A stretch of DNA of 64,000 bases from contig CM075998.1 of assembly GCA_038087875.1 (NCBI GenBank), positions 1,924,001-1,988,000 of the forward strand, in the 5' to 3' direction. The position numbers were made by a program, and so were the translations under genes. The stretch is from Malacoraja senta. Its lineage: Eukaryota. Under the pieces are notes generated by a model. The model saw only the letters and a list, made by a program, of their open reading frames with translations. It was not told where the DNA came from and searched no databases. The stretch's first letter is position 1. Every line of letters starts with the position of its first letter. Positions 1 through 14,004 of this stretch are shown here, in pieces.

Positions 1-905
1 CATTCTCCCTGTGACCACATGGATTTTCCCTGGGTGATCCTGTTTCCACCCGCACTCCAAAGACGCGTCGGCTAATTGGCATCTGTAAATTGTTCCTAGT
101 GTGTGGGAGAGAGATGGTGATCATGTTCGGCGCAGACTTGGTCGTTTGAAGGGCCTGTTTCCACATTGTATCTCTAAACTAAACTAAAGCCTGTTTCCTG
201 GAAGTTGAAATTGGGACTGTCCTCTATTGCTTTCAATGCCTTTTGGTCTGAAATATCCTAATCCAGTGTACAGTAATAATTCCTTGAGTTCCATCTCCAT
301 TTTTAACGAGAAAAAAAAGTTGGTGATTTTTTTTTATTGGGAGTGTTGTATTTACAAAACATTGAGGAAAAAGCCAAAGTTTTTCAGAAGTACCAATAGT
401 ATCTCAAATTAGCTCCTGAACTTCATAATAGACTTCAAGCTCAAATTAGAGCACAATATAAACTAAAAATGAATCCCCTCTTCCTGACGTGGTAACAAGG
501 AACTGCAGATGCTGGCTTACCAAAGAAAAGGTACAAATTGTTGGAGTAACTCAGCGGATCAGGCAGCATCACTGGAGAGCACGGATAGCTAATGTTTCAG
601 GTTGGGACCTAGTAAGTCTGAAGAAACGTCCCAACCCAGAACGTCACCGATCCACGTTCTCCAGGATGGCTATCTGACTCGCTAAGTTACTCCAGTACAT
701 TGTGTCTCCCCTTTTCCTGACGTTGATTTGATTGATCTCCCAATATTTGGCAAACTTGCTTCAGATAAGGGTGTCTGCATTGAGTGTCATTTAACAAGGG
801 ACAAATGTACTTGAAAAGGTTCCTTGTATTTCAAAGCTTTCCATAGTTCAGAATAGTTTTTGGTTAGTTTGAATAATTCTATCAAGGTTTTATAGAGCAA
901 CATCT

Positions 906-1298
906 GTGTCCCCCTCCTATATCAAAAATCTTCTAACCCACCATTCTACCTCCAGGTCCCTCAGGTCGGCCGACTTGGGGCTACTGACTATCCCGCGGTC
1001 TAGGTTTAAGCTCAGGGGTGACTGCGCTTTTGCGGTTGCAGCACCTAGACTGTGGAACAGCATCCCTCTCCTCATCAGAACTGCCCCCTCCATTGACTCC
1101 TTTAAATCGAGGCTCAAAACCTTTTTCTACTCCCTAGCGTTTTTGAGGCCCTCTGAGAGGGGGCTGTAAACAGTTTATGTATGTATTGTTAGGTCTGTGT
1201 ACCATTGTATGTAGCACATTACTGCCTGCACTGATGTACAGCACTTTGTTCAACATGAGTTTTTAAATGTGCTATGCAAATAAAATTGACTGACTGAC
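906..1298 (+). mobile_element. L2 LINE 3' end
   Basis: ORF SRSLRS...RGDCAFAVAAPRLWNSIPLLIR...FKSRLKTFFYSLAF, then 3' UTR, AATAAA and (TGAC)n tail. Confidence 0.85.
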
Positions 1299-1638
1299 AA
1301 AACAATGTTTCTATATATGCATCTTCATATGAAATCATTTTCACTGATCCAATCTTTAAATTTGATTGAATCTGAACAGTTAATTTGAAGGTAGATAAAA
1401 ATGCTGGAGAAACTCAGCGGGTGAGGCAGCATCTATGGAGCGAAGGAATAGGTGACGTTTTGGGTCGAGACCCTTCAGCTAATTTGAATGTAATTTTCTG
1501 GTTGTGGCCATTTCTTGTGGTGTTATTCCTTCAATATTGATACCAAATACCCTATCTGTGTGAAATGTTGGTGTAGCAGTGCGAAATGTAAAAGTGTAAT
1601 AGTGGAAAATTATAATTCTGTAAATCTTTCCTGAACAG

Positions 1639-1718
1639 ATCCCACTGGAGTTGTGTTTGACACGCGATCCAAAGCTGTGATGGCCCAGGGAGGATCCAAT
1701 GACAATATAAAAGAAAAG
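1639..1718 (+). CDS. SPATS2: SPATS2 coding exon (first visible; start exon upstream of window)
   Basis: cag|AT...AAG|gt; encodes (D)PTGVVFDTRSKAVMAQGGSNDNIKEK, similar to the human N-terminus DSSGFIFDLQSNTVLAQGGAFENMKEK; 80 nt, phase 1 to 0. Confidence 0.9.
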
Positions 1719-2042
1719 GTAGTAATATTTTGTGTACTTGGCTTCAAATAACTTGGATTTATTGGAGGGGAAAAAAACCCAAATGCTAGAAATCTAGAAC
1801 AAAATGCTAGAAACACCTGACTGGTCATGAAGAGAAACCAAGTGGGCATTTTGGTTGAAGGACCCGTCATAGGAACTGAAAGTGGGTTTCCAAGTGTGTT
1901 AAGGTGCAGAGAGAAGGAGGGGAAGAATAGAAGGAATGTTTTGGAATGTAGGTGAGACTGAAGTTGTTAAGATTACAATTTGTTTAAAAAAACCTTGCAG
2001 ATGGAATCAAAAGTAAAACAAATTGAAATGGCCACATCTTTA

Positions 2043-2066
<24 letters not shown>
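2043..2066. repeat. (AG)n microsatellite
   Basis: Visible AG dinucleotide run. Confidence 0.9.
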
Positions 2067-2073
<7 letters not shown>

Positions 2074-4215
2074 ACCAAATGGTTACCTGAAATTGTTCAA
2101 CTGTATATTGAGTCCAGAAGGCTTCCGTGTACTCTAATGGAAGGCAAGATGCTATTCCTTAAGCTTGCATTGGGCATTGAGACAATGTAGAAGCCAGAGA
2201 TGGATAGCGATTCAGAGTGAGCTAGAGAATTAACATTAAAGGCTCCATTTTGTCAAACAATCTGCATTTGGTTTTCTCACTGTTGAAGAGATCTCCTCTA
2301 AATACAATACATGTTTAAGTAAATGTCCCGCCACTTTATAACCTATATTTAGCAAACAAGTTGTTAGTAGGAAGAAAATACCCTCTTGTCCTGAAATATT
2401 TTAAATTTTGCATTAATAGTTGTGCTATAATTTAATCGGGTTCATTAGGCTCTGATGGGTAAAACAGCCCATGGTAAGTAACGGCTTTTCTGAACTTTTT
2501 TTAATTGAAATCACCAGTCCTGTCATTATAATTTTTTTTTGTTATAAATTCATTCAACATTATTATTGGGGAAATACCATTGTCTGCATTACCTTTCAGA
2601 GTGAAAGCTTATTGCGTTCAACTATTTGGCCTGATCTGGGTGTTTCCAGGACTTTGTTGCTACTTGCAATCTGTTGTGGCCCTTTGTTTTACATTTTAAA
2701 TACTGTTGATGAAACGTTGTTGGTTTCAAAGCTTCGTCTCCTTCCAAAGTTTGTAGCCTTTTGAATGGAAGTAAATTTGACTTGTTTCCGGCTTTAATGA
2801 GACCCTGCTGCTGAAAATAGCAAAGTAATTTTGCTGCAAATCCATTGCTGATTCTAAACGGCAATGAAAATTGCCTTGTGTATTTTGGGGAAAAAAGAGT
2901 GACACGATAAAGGGAGTGTACGAACACTGAGATGAGGGTTCACATGCATAAACCTTTGAAGGTGCCAACAAGTTGATAAAATCAAAAATAAAGCAACAAA
3001 GTGCTGGAGTAACTCAGTGGGTCAGGCAGTATCTCTGGATAACATGGATAAGTGAAGGTTTGGGTCAGGACCCTTCAGACTGACTAAATCAGTCTGTTGA
3101 ATCAATAACTAGTAATAACATATGAACAATTTCATATGTTCTTTCAGATGTCATCATATAACATTTTCAAAAAAGTCTATTTCTCTGAGATGTACTCCCT
3201 TTTCACATACAAAGCATTAAAAAAAAACTAACCTGTATTTTGATCTCAAAGCATGTTTGTATTCTTCATGCGTTTTGACCATCAAATGAAATACTCTTTG
3301 GGAACTATGGATATAAATTGCTGTCATTTATTCGACTGTTTGATTAATGCTTCATTTATGATCACATTATTTCCTTTTCCTACCCTCCCAAAAAACTACT
3401 TTCATTCTGACTTCTAGACCACCAACAGATATTATTAGTCAGAGTTAAACAGCACGGAAACAGGCCCTTCGGCCCAACTTACCCATGCTGACCAAGATGG
3501 CCCATCAACACAAGTCCCACCTGCCCACATTTGGCCCATACCCCTCTAAAACTTTCCTCTCCATTTACCCGTTCAAATGTCTTTTAAATGTTGTACCTGC
3601 CTCGACTACCTCCTCTGACAGCTTGTTCCATATGTCCACTGACCTCTGTGAAGCATTACTAAGCATTAAGTCAGCTATTCAACTCAACTCTTCCATTCTG
3701 GAGTGGGTTTTATCCTAACTTGTAAGCATGACTAAAGGGATGGCTTTTATTCTTACAATTTTATTTTTTGCTTTCTGTGAACTAATTACCATGGTGTTTG
3801 AATCGTTCAGCAAGAACTAGTGGTAATGTTTAGACAAATCAATGCTTTTAATTGGGAACTTCATTACTGGAGATGAAATTCACTTTAGGCAGCAGCACAG
3901 AGCTGGATGGAAAAAGAACATTTGAATGGAGTGAAGAGCATGCTGCCGAAGCTCTCTTTGCACTATGTATCAGAGGTTAATTTAATCTATCCATTGCAAA
4001 GCCTTCAATCCAGCGTCCACATCGGAATAAGAGTCCAATGCATTTGTGTATATATTGCCATTTATAAAATTATGTAAATACTTTCAAGTCATTGTATACA
4101 GAAGCAGAGCTTGCAACCTTTATTTCATTTGTAAGGCCTTCCATTTTATACCATGTGATCCAGACTTGTACTTCAGGTCATCTTTTGATATGATCTGTGA
4201 TGTGTTTCTACTTAG

Positions 4216-4324
4216 ATTACTGCCGTTCGTGCAATAGTTCCCAACAGGAGTAACAATGAGATCATCCTAGTGTTGCAACATTATGACAATTGTGTAGACA
4301 AGGCCGTACAAGCTTTTATGGAAG
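4216..4324 (+). CDS. SPATS2: SPATS2 coding exon
   Basis: tag|ATT...GAAG|gtaag; ITAVRAIVPNRSNNEIILVLQHYDNCVDKAVQAFME(G); 109 nt, phase 0 to 1. Confidence 0.95.
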
Positions 4325-6802
4325 GTAAGACTTTGTCCTTTTTCTCACTCTGAATATTCTATGAAACTAATTTCAATTTGGTTCCAACCACATGCAGTGC
4401 CAATAGCTATTCAAATGAAGCGTGAAGATCAGGGGTATAGTACTAAGGTGTGTGAAGCATCAGTATAAATTCAAATCAGGAGTCATATGGTTAGCTCGCT
4501 TCTTCAGTGATCCATTATATTCATCTATGTTTTTGGTGATACTTTGAATCTGGACAAACAATGGCACCATTGGAAATCTTTTCATTGTTGAACCTTTTTG
4601 TATTGCTTTGAAATGTGTGCAATAAATACAAAGTCAACTGTTAGTGATTCTGTCAGCTGCATTCAAACTTCAATTGCTGGCATGGTTTATTAAATTTGAA
4701 TGTTGGAGCAAACATCAATTTATGGTTAAACCAACGGACACAATAAACCTGTTGCATTTTGAATAGTAGTCATCCTTTAGCTATTTCTAATGACGTAATG
4801 TAAATGTAGGCCTAAAATGGTGTCTGCCCCACAGCTGCTCAAACTCTGATATGACAGGCTGGAACCTGAAGCTTTATTCCACGTTGGTAGTCAGTCCCTG
4901 GCACCTGCACAGAGTGATTCTGCTGACTTGCTGTATTCTTAACTTTTTGATCTGGCACTAAAATTTTAGAATTTGTGATCCAGTTGTCTTAAAATGGGTT
5001 TTTCCATTTTGTTTTCTCACTAAGTGTTGTGTTCTGTGTTTCAAAGCAGAATTAGTCATCAGGAGTTCTGCAAACTACCACTAAGAAGTATTTCCCAATT
5101 CACAATTGATGTGCTACAATGACAAAATATATTCTGTATCTTCCCTTTTGCTCTATTGTACTTGAGCTTGATTTGATTGTATTTAAGTAGAGCATTAGGT
5201 TTGTTCGATCGCTCGTATGTCAGACGACACATGGCTCGCTGTTGGCTTCCATCATCGTCCAACCTGTTGACACAATTGGTCGCCCGACGCGTCACTGAGA
5301 GAGCATTAGGTGATCTGTTTAGATGGCATGCAAAACAAATCTTTTTGGTGTACCTCGGTACTTGTGATAATAATAGACCTAAACCTATTGTAGAATTCCT
5401 CCTATCAATGTTTCCTGATGGACTTCCAGACAGATTTATGAAGGAAAAAAATCTGTATGCTTTGCTTTCTTTTCCCTTCTCGCTATCGAATTCCCCCAAA
5501 GGGTTTAGGGCTCCTTTGCTAGGGCTTCAAATAAGTTTTAAAACAAATCAAAGTGTTGAACCTGGATCATAGCATTTTCAAACTAAAATCCATACATTAT
5601 CCTTTGATGCTAATCTAGTTCAGACTAAGGCTGCTACTGGAGATTGACACTAACTGGGCCCCCAGAGATCCAGACTGTAATGTCGTATAATATTAAGATC
5701 TATTCACTGCTTTTCCTTATTTTTGTAGTTTTTAACTATTAGAAACCGCTGAGGTATTTCCATTTCCGACACTAGCTGACTTTAAGCCTATCTGAATATC
5801 ATCACCAAATCATGCTGACGTAGCAGTAAAAAAACTGCTGAAATTGGAAATCCAGAATGAAAGCCGAAAGGTCAGGTAGCATAGAAACATTGAAAAATAG
5901 GTGCAGGAGTAGGCCATTCAGCTCTTCGAGCCAGCACCACCATTCAATATGATCATGGCTGATCATCTAAAATCAGTACCCCATTCCTGCTTTTTCCCCA
6001 AATCCCTTGAGTCCATTCGCCCTAAGAGCTAGATCTAACTCTCTCTTGAAAACATCCAGCAAATTGGCCTCCACTGCCTTCTGTGGCAGATAATTCCACA
6101 GATAAGCAGAGGGACAGTTGGTGTTTCAGGTCAATGACTCATCCGCATAATTGGAAAAGTGAGAAAACAAGTGTGATTTAAGATGTAAAAGGGGAAGGCC
6201 GCAACAATTTTGGTGTAATGGTGCGGACCATGGTTGTCAACCCAAACATTACTATAAATGTTCAACAGTTTTAAACCCAAGAGAAAAGCATCAAAGGAAC
6301 AAATTGAAAATGTACAGCAATATACGTAGAGGAAGAAAAGTGCTAGTTACGTGAAATTGTTGAAATCAGTGAGGCCAAGGAGGATGTGAAGGGCTTGGAT
6401 CGGGCATCATTGCAACAGATTAGGTCGTCAAAAACAGGTCTGAGTGACAGAGAATTACATGGACAGATGACTAGAACCTCTGGGTCATCCAATGTACATA
6501 TTTTTAGAGCAGACTTCTTGCTAACATCTACAATATGTAAAAAATTATTGACCTTTTTAATATTCCTTTTTGGATTTTTATCAAAATACGGTAGCATATT
6601 TACAGAATGACAAAACGCCAAATAGTCATCACCAGTGCAAAATGCTAATATTTCATATTTTGGTCGTGCCAATAAGATAACGACCGAAACAATGAAAAGG
6701 TTTCTAAAATCTGTTTGTGATGTTTTGACAATTGCATCATGATATTTGATGTGCTTTTTGAAGAATTACTGTAATTTAATGTTTTTTTAAAATTTAATCA
6801 AG

Positions 6803-6852
6803 GTTCTGCCACAGAGATACTAAAAGAATGGAGCGTAACAGGAAAAAAGAAG
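6803..6852 (+). CDS. SPATS2: SPATS2 coding exon
   Basis: aag|GT...AAG|gtac; (G)SATEILKEWSVTGKKK; 50 nt, phase 1 to 0. Confidence 0.93.
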
Positions 6853-7535
6853 GTACGGAACGTGACGTATGAACAGGAGGAAACCACTCATCTCCTTGAG
6901 GCTGCTCTGCTGTTCAAATGGATCATAGTTAATCTGTACTTCAAACCCTTGTTAAATCTCACCAATTAAATACCGATTAAAATTTCCTCCCTCCCAACCA
7001 ATTTTCAATGTTATTAGACTTCCTAATTGAAAAGCGGTAAGCAGTGGTTAAAGCAGCCAACTATTGTTGCAAGAGAATAAAATCACACAATGGTTACAAC
7101 ATAGGAGTTAATTCATCCCTTGGGGTCTATTCCAGCTTCCACGGAGGAGCGTTCTAGCCACCTGCCCTCTTCCTATTATCCCTGCAAGTGCTTCCAAATA
7201 GAAATGAAATGCTGGAGTCTCAGCTTGACAGGCAGCATCTCTGGAGAGAAGGACTGGGTGACGTTTCAGGTCCAGATCCTTCTCGACCCGAAACGTCACC
7301 CATTCCTTCTCTCCAGACATGCTGCCTGTCAAGCTGAGTTACTCTAGCATTTTGTTTCCATCTTTGGTTTAAACCAGCATCTGCAGTTCCTTCCTGCACA
7401 GTACTTCCAGATATCTCCTTTTGAAAGCCACAGTTGACTGCTTCCACTAGTATGTCTGGTACGTCCTTAGTACTCTTCAGACTCTAACCATGAGCAATTT
7501 TAAACTGTTTTCTAATCTTTCCTTTAGTTCTAGTC

Positions 7536-8017
7536 CAGTGCTTCTTAAACTGGTGAATTGTTCACCCAAGGGCGAATTAAATTATTTTGGGGTGAATGAA
7601 ACTAGAGGGGTGAATGATGGCCCATGGTTTTTTGAGCTAGTTTTCCAAGACAAAAACTGCAGTAATCAAAGCCTGGAAGGGTAAGATGGGGCTGAAGCCC
7701 AGTGTTTAGATGTTGGAATGTTTTTTTATCATTCTAATAGAATGATTTTCCAACTCCAGTGGTAATTAAACTTTTATTTCACTCCTAGTTTTCTTTATGT
7801 TTTTAGGATGTTCAAAAAGTTGAAGAAAATAAACTCTTAAGAAATGAGTTAATTTATGTTTTTTGCTCATGTGACAAAATAAATTATATAAATTATACAC
7901 AAGGGAGAATAAGACGTAAATTACTAAAAAAAAGTAAGAAAATTTAGTCGAAGGTGAATGAAATTTTGCGATAAAGACTCACGGGTGAATGACACTGAAA
8001 TAGTTTAAGAAGCACTG
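7536..8017. mobile_element. Non-autonomous hAT (Charlie-type) element
   Basis: Perfect 16-bp TIR CAGTGCTTCTTAAACT; perfect 8-bp TSD TTCTAGTC at 7528-7535 and 8018-8025. Confidence 0.9.
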
Positions 8018-8724
8018 TTCTAGTCTATAGACATTTACTCTATTTCTCCCAGTTCTTGATCCTTTTACCAGTGGGAATAGTTTCAATCCCCTGTCTATGC
8101 CCTAAATGATTTCAAATACCTCAATTGGATTCCCTCATAACCACCTCTGCTGGTTATGAGGGGAAAAAATCCCAGTTTTTTTCCAAGTCTTTCCAATTGA
8201 CTGAAATCCCTCATTCCTAGAATTATGTTTGTAAGTAACACTCTTCTGCACCCTCTCAAGACTTTTGCAATTTTCCTAAAACGAGTTGCCTGGAATTGGA
8301 CACAGTACACCAGTTACAAAGAAGTTGTGTTTTACAAAGCTGAATCTGCCCTTTTAGCTACCAGCAATCTAATGTCCATGTTGACTGCTGAGCAAACGGC
8401 CATGCGTTACTGCTTTGATATTAAATTGCAGCATGGTTTGAACCCTTAGAGTTATTAGGGACCTTTTTGGCTCTGCAGTCTGGATTTGTATCTGGCAGAT
8501 TTGATCTTTTCAATTTATAATCAATTAAATCTATTTGAGTGTGTTAATGATCTGTCTGTTTAAATCTGGCAGTGGCGCTAATACAGTGACGTCTACAATG
8601 CAACCCAGCTCCAAACTGGGTAGTCAGTTGATGGCTGTTTGAATGGCGGAAATGTTGTTGGGGTGCTGTTTTGATGAATAAATGCGCGTGCGTGTGATTA
8701 TAATTAAATTTAAATTAAATTGGG

Positions 8725-8797
8725 TATGTGTGTATATGTATATATGTGTATATATATATATGTGTGTGTATATGTGCGTATATATACGTATATATAT
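8725..8797. repeat. (TA/TG)n microsatellite
   Basis: Visible alternating TA/TG run. Confidence 0.9.
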
Positions 8798-9054
8798 AAA
8801 ATTATAATCATAAATTTATATATGTGAGTCTGTAAGGAAAGGGCAATGATATCCTGTCTCACCTGATCCCTATACCGTGAAGAAATCCTTTATATTGGCA
8901 CTGGATGCAGAGTAAACAAAACAATCTTAACATGTTGGGAAAGCTATGCAAACTTGCCACAGCTAATTGTGACTTGCAAATAAAAATAATACCTTCAAGA
9001 TTTGACTGTCTTTAAACGATGCTTTAAGCATCTTCCTTTTTTAACAATACCTAG

Positions 9055-9307
9055 CACAAGAAGAAGAAGATTAAACCAAAGCCAAAAGTTGAAGCAGAAC
9101 CAGAACCAGAGCAGTCAGAAAAAAACACAGCTAATGGCGGTGAACTGTCTGCAGCTTCTTCTGAGAAGGAGGAAATAAATGGTTATCACCTCAATGGGTC
9201 TGTGAACGATGATGAGTCCGTGGATTCTCTCACTGAACAGCTGGAGACCCTTTCCGTGGATGCCCAAGAGCTGGAAGATTCCGAATCATTGACTCCTGAA
9301 ATAGATG
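9055..9307 (+). CDS. SPATS2: SPATS2 coding exon
   Basis: tag|CAC...GATG|gtatg; HKKKKIKPKPK...INGYHLNGSVNDDESVDSLTEQLETLSVDAQELED; 253 nt, phase 0 to 1. Confidence 0.93.
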
Positions 9308-10310
9308 GTATGATGCATGTCAATTTTGTTCTAATTAATACATTTGTCTTTATGTTTTGAATACACTGTTTTCCCCACAATGTTTTAATTCTCTTTTTTG
9401 TTTTATTAGACTCTTAATCTCTCCCAAATAATTGCAAGCATCTAGGTTTGTTTTTGGTGGTGGGTTGACTCTAATCTGAAAGTGTTTCACTTTATACAAA
9501 CTGAACTAAATATAACTGAAACTTGTTAATGATGATGCGCTCGGATTTCAGTAATCCAGCCACTGCCAAAACAAAACTTAATAATGGTTTTGTGGTGTTT
9601 TTGATTTCCTTGGTCCTTGTGTTCATGATGTGAACATCAATGCTATTTAAGCCTTGAATACTCTTTGCACAGAATGATCCAAAAGTAAAAAAATGATCCA
9701 TATTAAAATGTCTTTGTACACATGCAGTACATTAAAAAAAAAAACTTGTGCTGTCAGTGATTTAAAGCATTGAAACAGATTTTGCAAATTATTTTTGAAC
9801 TTTGCTCATTTGTCACCAGCAATTCACTACCAACTTATATATGTCTATATTCTAGGCTAATTTCTTTTTTTTGCTACTGTATTAACAAGGAGGAATGCTT
9901 GAATATGTAGTCTTAATTGTTGTCTGCTTAAACTTTAGCTTTGGTACCCCCATAAATTTCCCCCTTTCAATTAGGGGGAGAAAAAACTAACTTGCTTGTT
10001 TGTGCGTTACTCCTGCAGATGTTGACTTCCTTTTGATCAGATCACTTTGTAACTAAGCTGGATCTTGGTCTAAAACAAAACTTTCTCTGTATCCGGCAAA
10101 TCTTCGAATAGGTCGTTTCCTTGCTTAAAGTCGGTCTGTTTACTGTAAACTGTATTGAAATGACACAACTTTTGAGTTTTCTAACTCTTGTATCTTAACA
10201 TAATATGGAGAAGGTGTCAAAAGTTTTGGGGGGTTTTCCCCCATAATTAAAAATGTTAGTTTTTGATTGCAGCCTTCATCCTGACAATTCCCTTAACTAC
10301 TATTTTTCAG

Positions 10311-10523
10311 AATCTGCAATAGAAAATGAAAAGTGTAAATCTGAATCCAAGCACCAGCCTAGTCAACAATTCCACCATAGTGCCCATTCTTCAAGAATAC
10401 AGCAACAAAGGCATGCAGCCAAGTCCAGATCACGAGCTTCTTCGGGTTCACAGTCCTCTGCCTCTCTTTCCTTAGTCATGCCAGATGATGGTGCATTTGT
10501 TTCATCTAAAAATAAAAAAATAG
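10311..10523 (+). CDS. SPATS2: SPATS2 coding exon (Ser/Gln-rich)
   Basis: tttttcag|AA...ATAG|gtaag; lies within ORF 10253..10555 (ESAIENEK...QQQRHAAKSRSR...SKNKKI); 213 nt, phase 1 to 1. Confidence 0.88.
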
Positions 10524-12256
10524 GTAAGGGGTATTTCCAAAGCATTTTTGCATGATATAAAATACTAAAATGTAGACCTGGTGAACTAGTTAAGCTTCAA
10601 TTTGCAACAATGTGGGGGAGAGGGGAGAGTATGTTGGTCATATGTGTGTGGTTCATTGTTGGGTGTGGTGATTCCACATATGCCAAAGAAATATTGTGCA
10701 ACTGGGTAGGGAGTTTGCTTGTATAAAATAACAGGGGGCGTATGTCAGTTCGACCAGTCCTTGTCTTGAGAAATGAAGAGGTGTTGGGAGGGAATTGGAG
10801 AGCTCAGCAATGTGGAAGCTGCCAGTGGTGGAGTGAATCAAGTCAAATGATCCATTTGGATGACCTCGTGTTTAAGGAGCAGAGAGGGAGAGACTTGGCC
10901 TTTTTATTCTTCCTGGGTGGGTTTACCCTCTGTTCTGATGCAAATCTTTTCTACACTTTGTTTCTCTTGACTCCACCCCCCCTAAAGCAAAGTTTTGTCA
11001 AGAGCTTGGAGAGAACAAATAAAGCTAGACTTGTGCCAACAAGCTAGACGTGTTACTCAAATAATGGCCAGCTGTGTACAAATGACAGCATTCTGAGAGC
11101 AGCCTTTTTTGGGGTGGAATTCAACAAATAACTTGAGTATTATGTAACGCCTCAGATTATGTTCAGTGTTGGATTCGTGAAAGATCTGACGGTGCAATTG
11201 CAGCATCACTTTGCTTGTGCTATGTGCGTTCTGGCAGTGTCTTTGAACCGTGAGATATGCAACAGACCTCTGAGCTGACACATCCTCTGAATATTTTTTT
11301 TATATAACATAACCTTTTTATAAGTAAATCTGAGGCTTTTGCTTAGTATGTTTGCTTGCATATCTGCTTCGGTGCCATAAACTGAAAACTGGATTCCATG
11401 TACAATTATAGGCAGAATCATTATTTAATGAGAATGTATTGCAGCTTTGTGTTCCACTTCTATATTGCTGCATAATTGCACTTGGACTTTCGCTTGTGTG
11501 GAGCTCAAGAACATCCCAGTTTTGCTGCTCTTGTCAGCGTTGACCACTTTCATGCTAGATTAGTTTGATTTCCGCTGTAACTTAAAGCTCACTTATTTTC
11601 CAATACAAGAAGATGTATTAACTCTGGCCTCAAGATCCCACATTTTACCCAACTTTGCCAACTGACCTGATGACGTATGAGGATTTTGTTTGTGGAATAT
11701 TATTGCTTTGAACCCAGGTCCACTGTCAACTATTAAACTAGTTTGAGACTATCCATGCCTATTTCTTTTAGAATTCCAAAGGCGAGTATTATCCCTGTGT
11801 GTGGTCTCCTAATGAATTATTTGCGATCATCCCAAGATTTATTTGGGCTCTTTTGCTATGTTGTGTAACAAGACTACCCAGACTCTGCATTTCTTAAACG
11901 TGTGGTGAATCACAGCAAATTGTTCAATTTGTTCGTCAATTGAATTTCAGATATGCTTGCAGGCTTCTGCACATGGATTGATATTGATTGGATGTTTTCA
12001 AGTTTGTATTTAATCAATAGATTATTTTAATATTAGAAGCACAAATAGGTTGGTGTTTGGAAATCTACAAATGGGAGTACAAATTTACATCAAGTTAATG
12101 TGACCTCCCCAATTAGACATCGTCTCTGGTTAACTTTTTCCAATGTTGGTTAAATGTCCAACAACCTTATTTGGCAAGGCAAAATGGAGAAAGTTTCATT
12201 TCTTTTAGTTTCTTCTGTGATATTGACTTATGAAAGTCTGTCCCAGTTTGCATCAA

Positions 12257-12429
12257 GAAACTCAGCGGGTGCAGCAGCATCTATGGAGCGAAGGAAATAG
12301 GCAACGTTTCGGGCTGGGTCGAAACGTTACCTATTTCCTTCGCTCCATAGATGCTGCTGCACCCGCTGAGTTTCTCCAGCATTTTTGTCTACCTTCGATT
12401 TTCCAGCATCTGCAGTTCCTCCTTAAACA
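12257..12429. mobile_element. Palindromic Penelope-derived short element
   Basis: Inverted arms GAAACTCAGCGGGTGCAGCAGCATCTATGGAGCGAAGG and its reverse complement; 15-bp TSD CCCAGTTTGCATCAA at 12242-12256 and 12430-12444. Confidence 0.85.
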
Positions 12430-14004
12430 CCCAGTTTGCATCAAATGGGTTAAACAAGGGATTAAAGGTATGTGCAAAGATCGTATGCCAAGGTAACATG
12501 CATATAACCAATTGTAGTTGTGCTTATACATTGATCACTATAATTAACCGCAGAACAAGCTGCCTTCCCATTTCGGAATCGTTCCAATGTTTAGCAACAA
12601 GTGGGATTAGTAACCAAGCTTCTCTTCATATATTAGCATGTATGACGTCCCAATTTACAAATAAACCATTCTTTGAAAGGTTGATCCTCAAACAACATAA
12701 AAATATTAGGCAGTAATTTTGAATAATTGAGTGTTGCCAGAAATAAATTTTAGTTTCACCTGGTCAATTCTAAAGAATTCAATGTTGCTCCAAGTATCGG
12801 CGTCGAGTGATCTTCCTATCCAGCAGGATCATTATCCAGGTTTTAAACGCTGCCAAACAGTCGCATCTGAAACTGCCATTTGCTTGACAACGGGTAATGT
12901 TCTTAAAGCCATTCAAGTGTGCAGGTGTAAGATGTGAAATTGCCAAGTTGGTTCTTTCAAATTACTGAACCATTAAGCTGCTGGGCAAAGTTATGCAACT
13001 AAGGTTATTGTATTTATATTGCACTAGGCTATAATTTTAAAGTTTGGAGGGTTGGGGCAAATCCTGTGTAGGTCCACATTCATGACACAATATATCAGAG
13101 TATTTTTATCTTGGATTGACTATCGTCATAAGTAATAGGAGCAGAATTAGGCCATTCGGCCCATCAAGTCTACTCCGCCATTCAATCATGGCTGATCTAT
13201 CTCTCCCTCCTAACCCCATTCTCCTGCCTTCTCCCCATAATCCCTGACACCCATACTAATCAAGAATCTACCTGTCTCTGCTTTAATAATATCCATTGAC
13301 TTGGCCTCCACAGCCTTCTGTGGCAAAGAATTCCACAGATTCACCACCCCCTGACGAAATTGTCTTCAGAACTGTGACTGCCGTGATGGGTTGTTTTACA
13401 AAAATAAAGTACGAGTACCTTTTGAAGTAACTATGTTGGATTGATTTGAGGTGTAGCACCAACTTTGGGTTATTTTGTACCTCTGTGTTAAGATCTAATT
13501 CATAAAATCATGTATTGGGTTGAAATCTCCATCTTAATTGTTAAAATAAATTGATAGGGTAAGGGAATATCTTCTGAGTTGAGCATTGAGAAAGGAATAC
13601 ATGAAAGTCTATCACTATAAGCAGACAAGATTGATGGTGGTCACCGTCTCCTTCCTGTCAAAGCCACAGTTGTGTTCTCCCCGTCCTGCCCCACAAGAGA
13701 CGATGCAACTCAGACTAGTCTTACTTTGCCTGATGCTTGCAGACTGGTACAGTCTACTCGTCTTCGTTCTAATTGAAACAGCACCGGTGGCGTTAAAATG
13801 GTTTATCAGATAATTCTCGTTTTTTGAGAGGCTAGGGACAGACTGAATTAACAGCAGCCAGACCAAGTTTGATTCATCCTGCCTTCCAGCTGTGTTGCTG
13901 CAGCAGCAAAGAATTGAACAAAATGCTTCTGGCCGATAGCTTTTTTAAATTATTCATTCCGGAACAAGACTAACGGTATTCTTCCGTGTAGTCCAATTGG
14001 CTTC

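Noticed and set aside
1..1638. SPATS2 start-codon exon (MSRKQ-like)
   Set aside because: No convincing ATG exon with a phase-1 donor was found, so it is presumed to lie upstream of the window.
5059..5572. Overlapping 146-aa and 131-aa ORFs
   Set aside because: They run across a LINE 3' tail and a nested insert, so they are chance ORFs.
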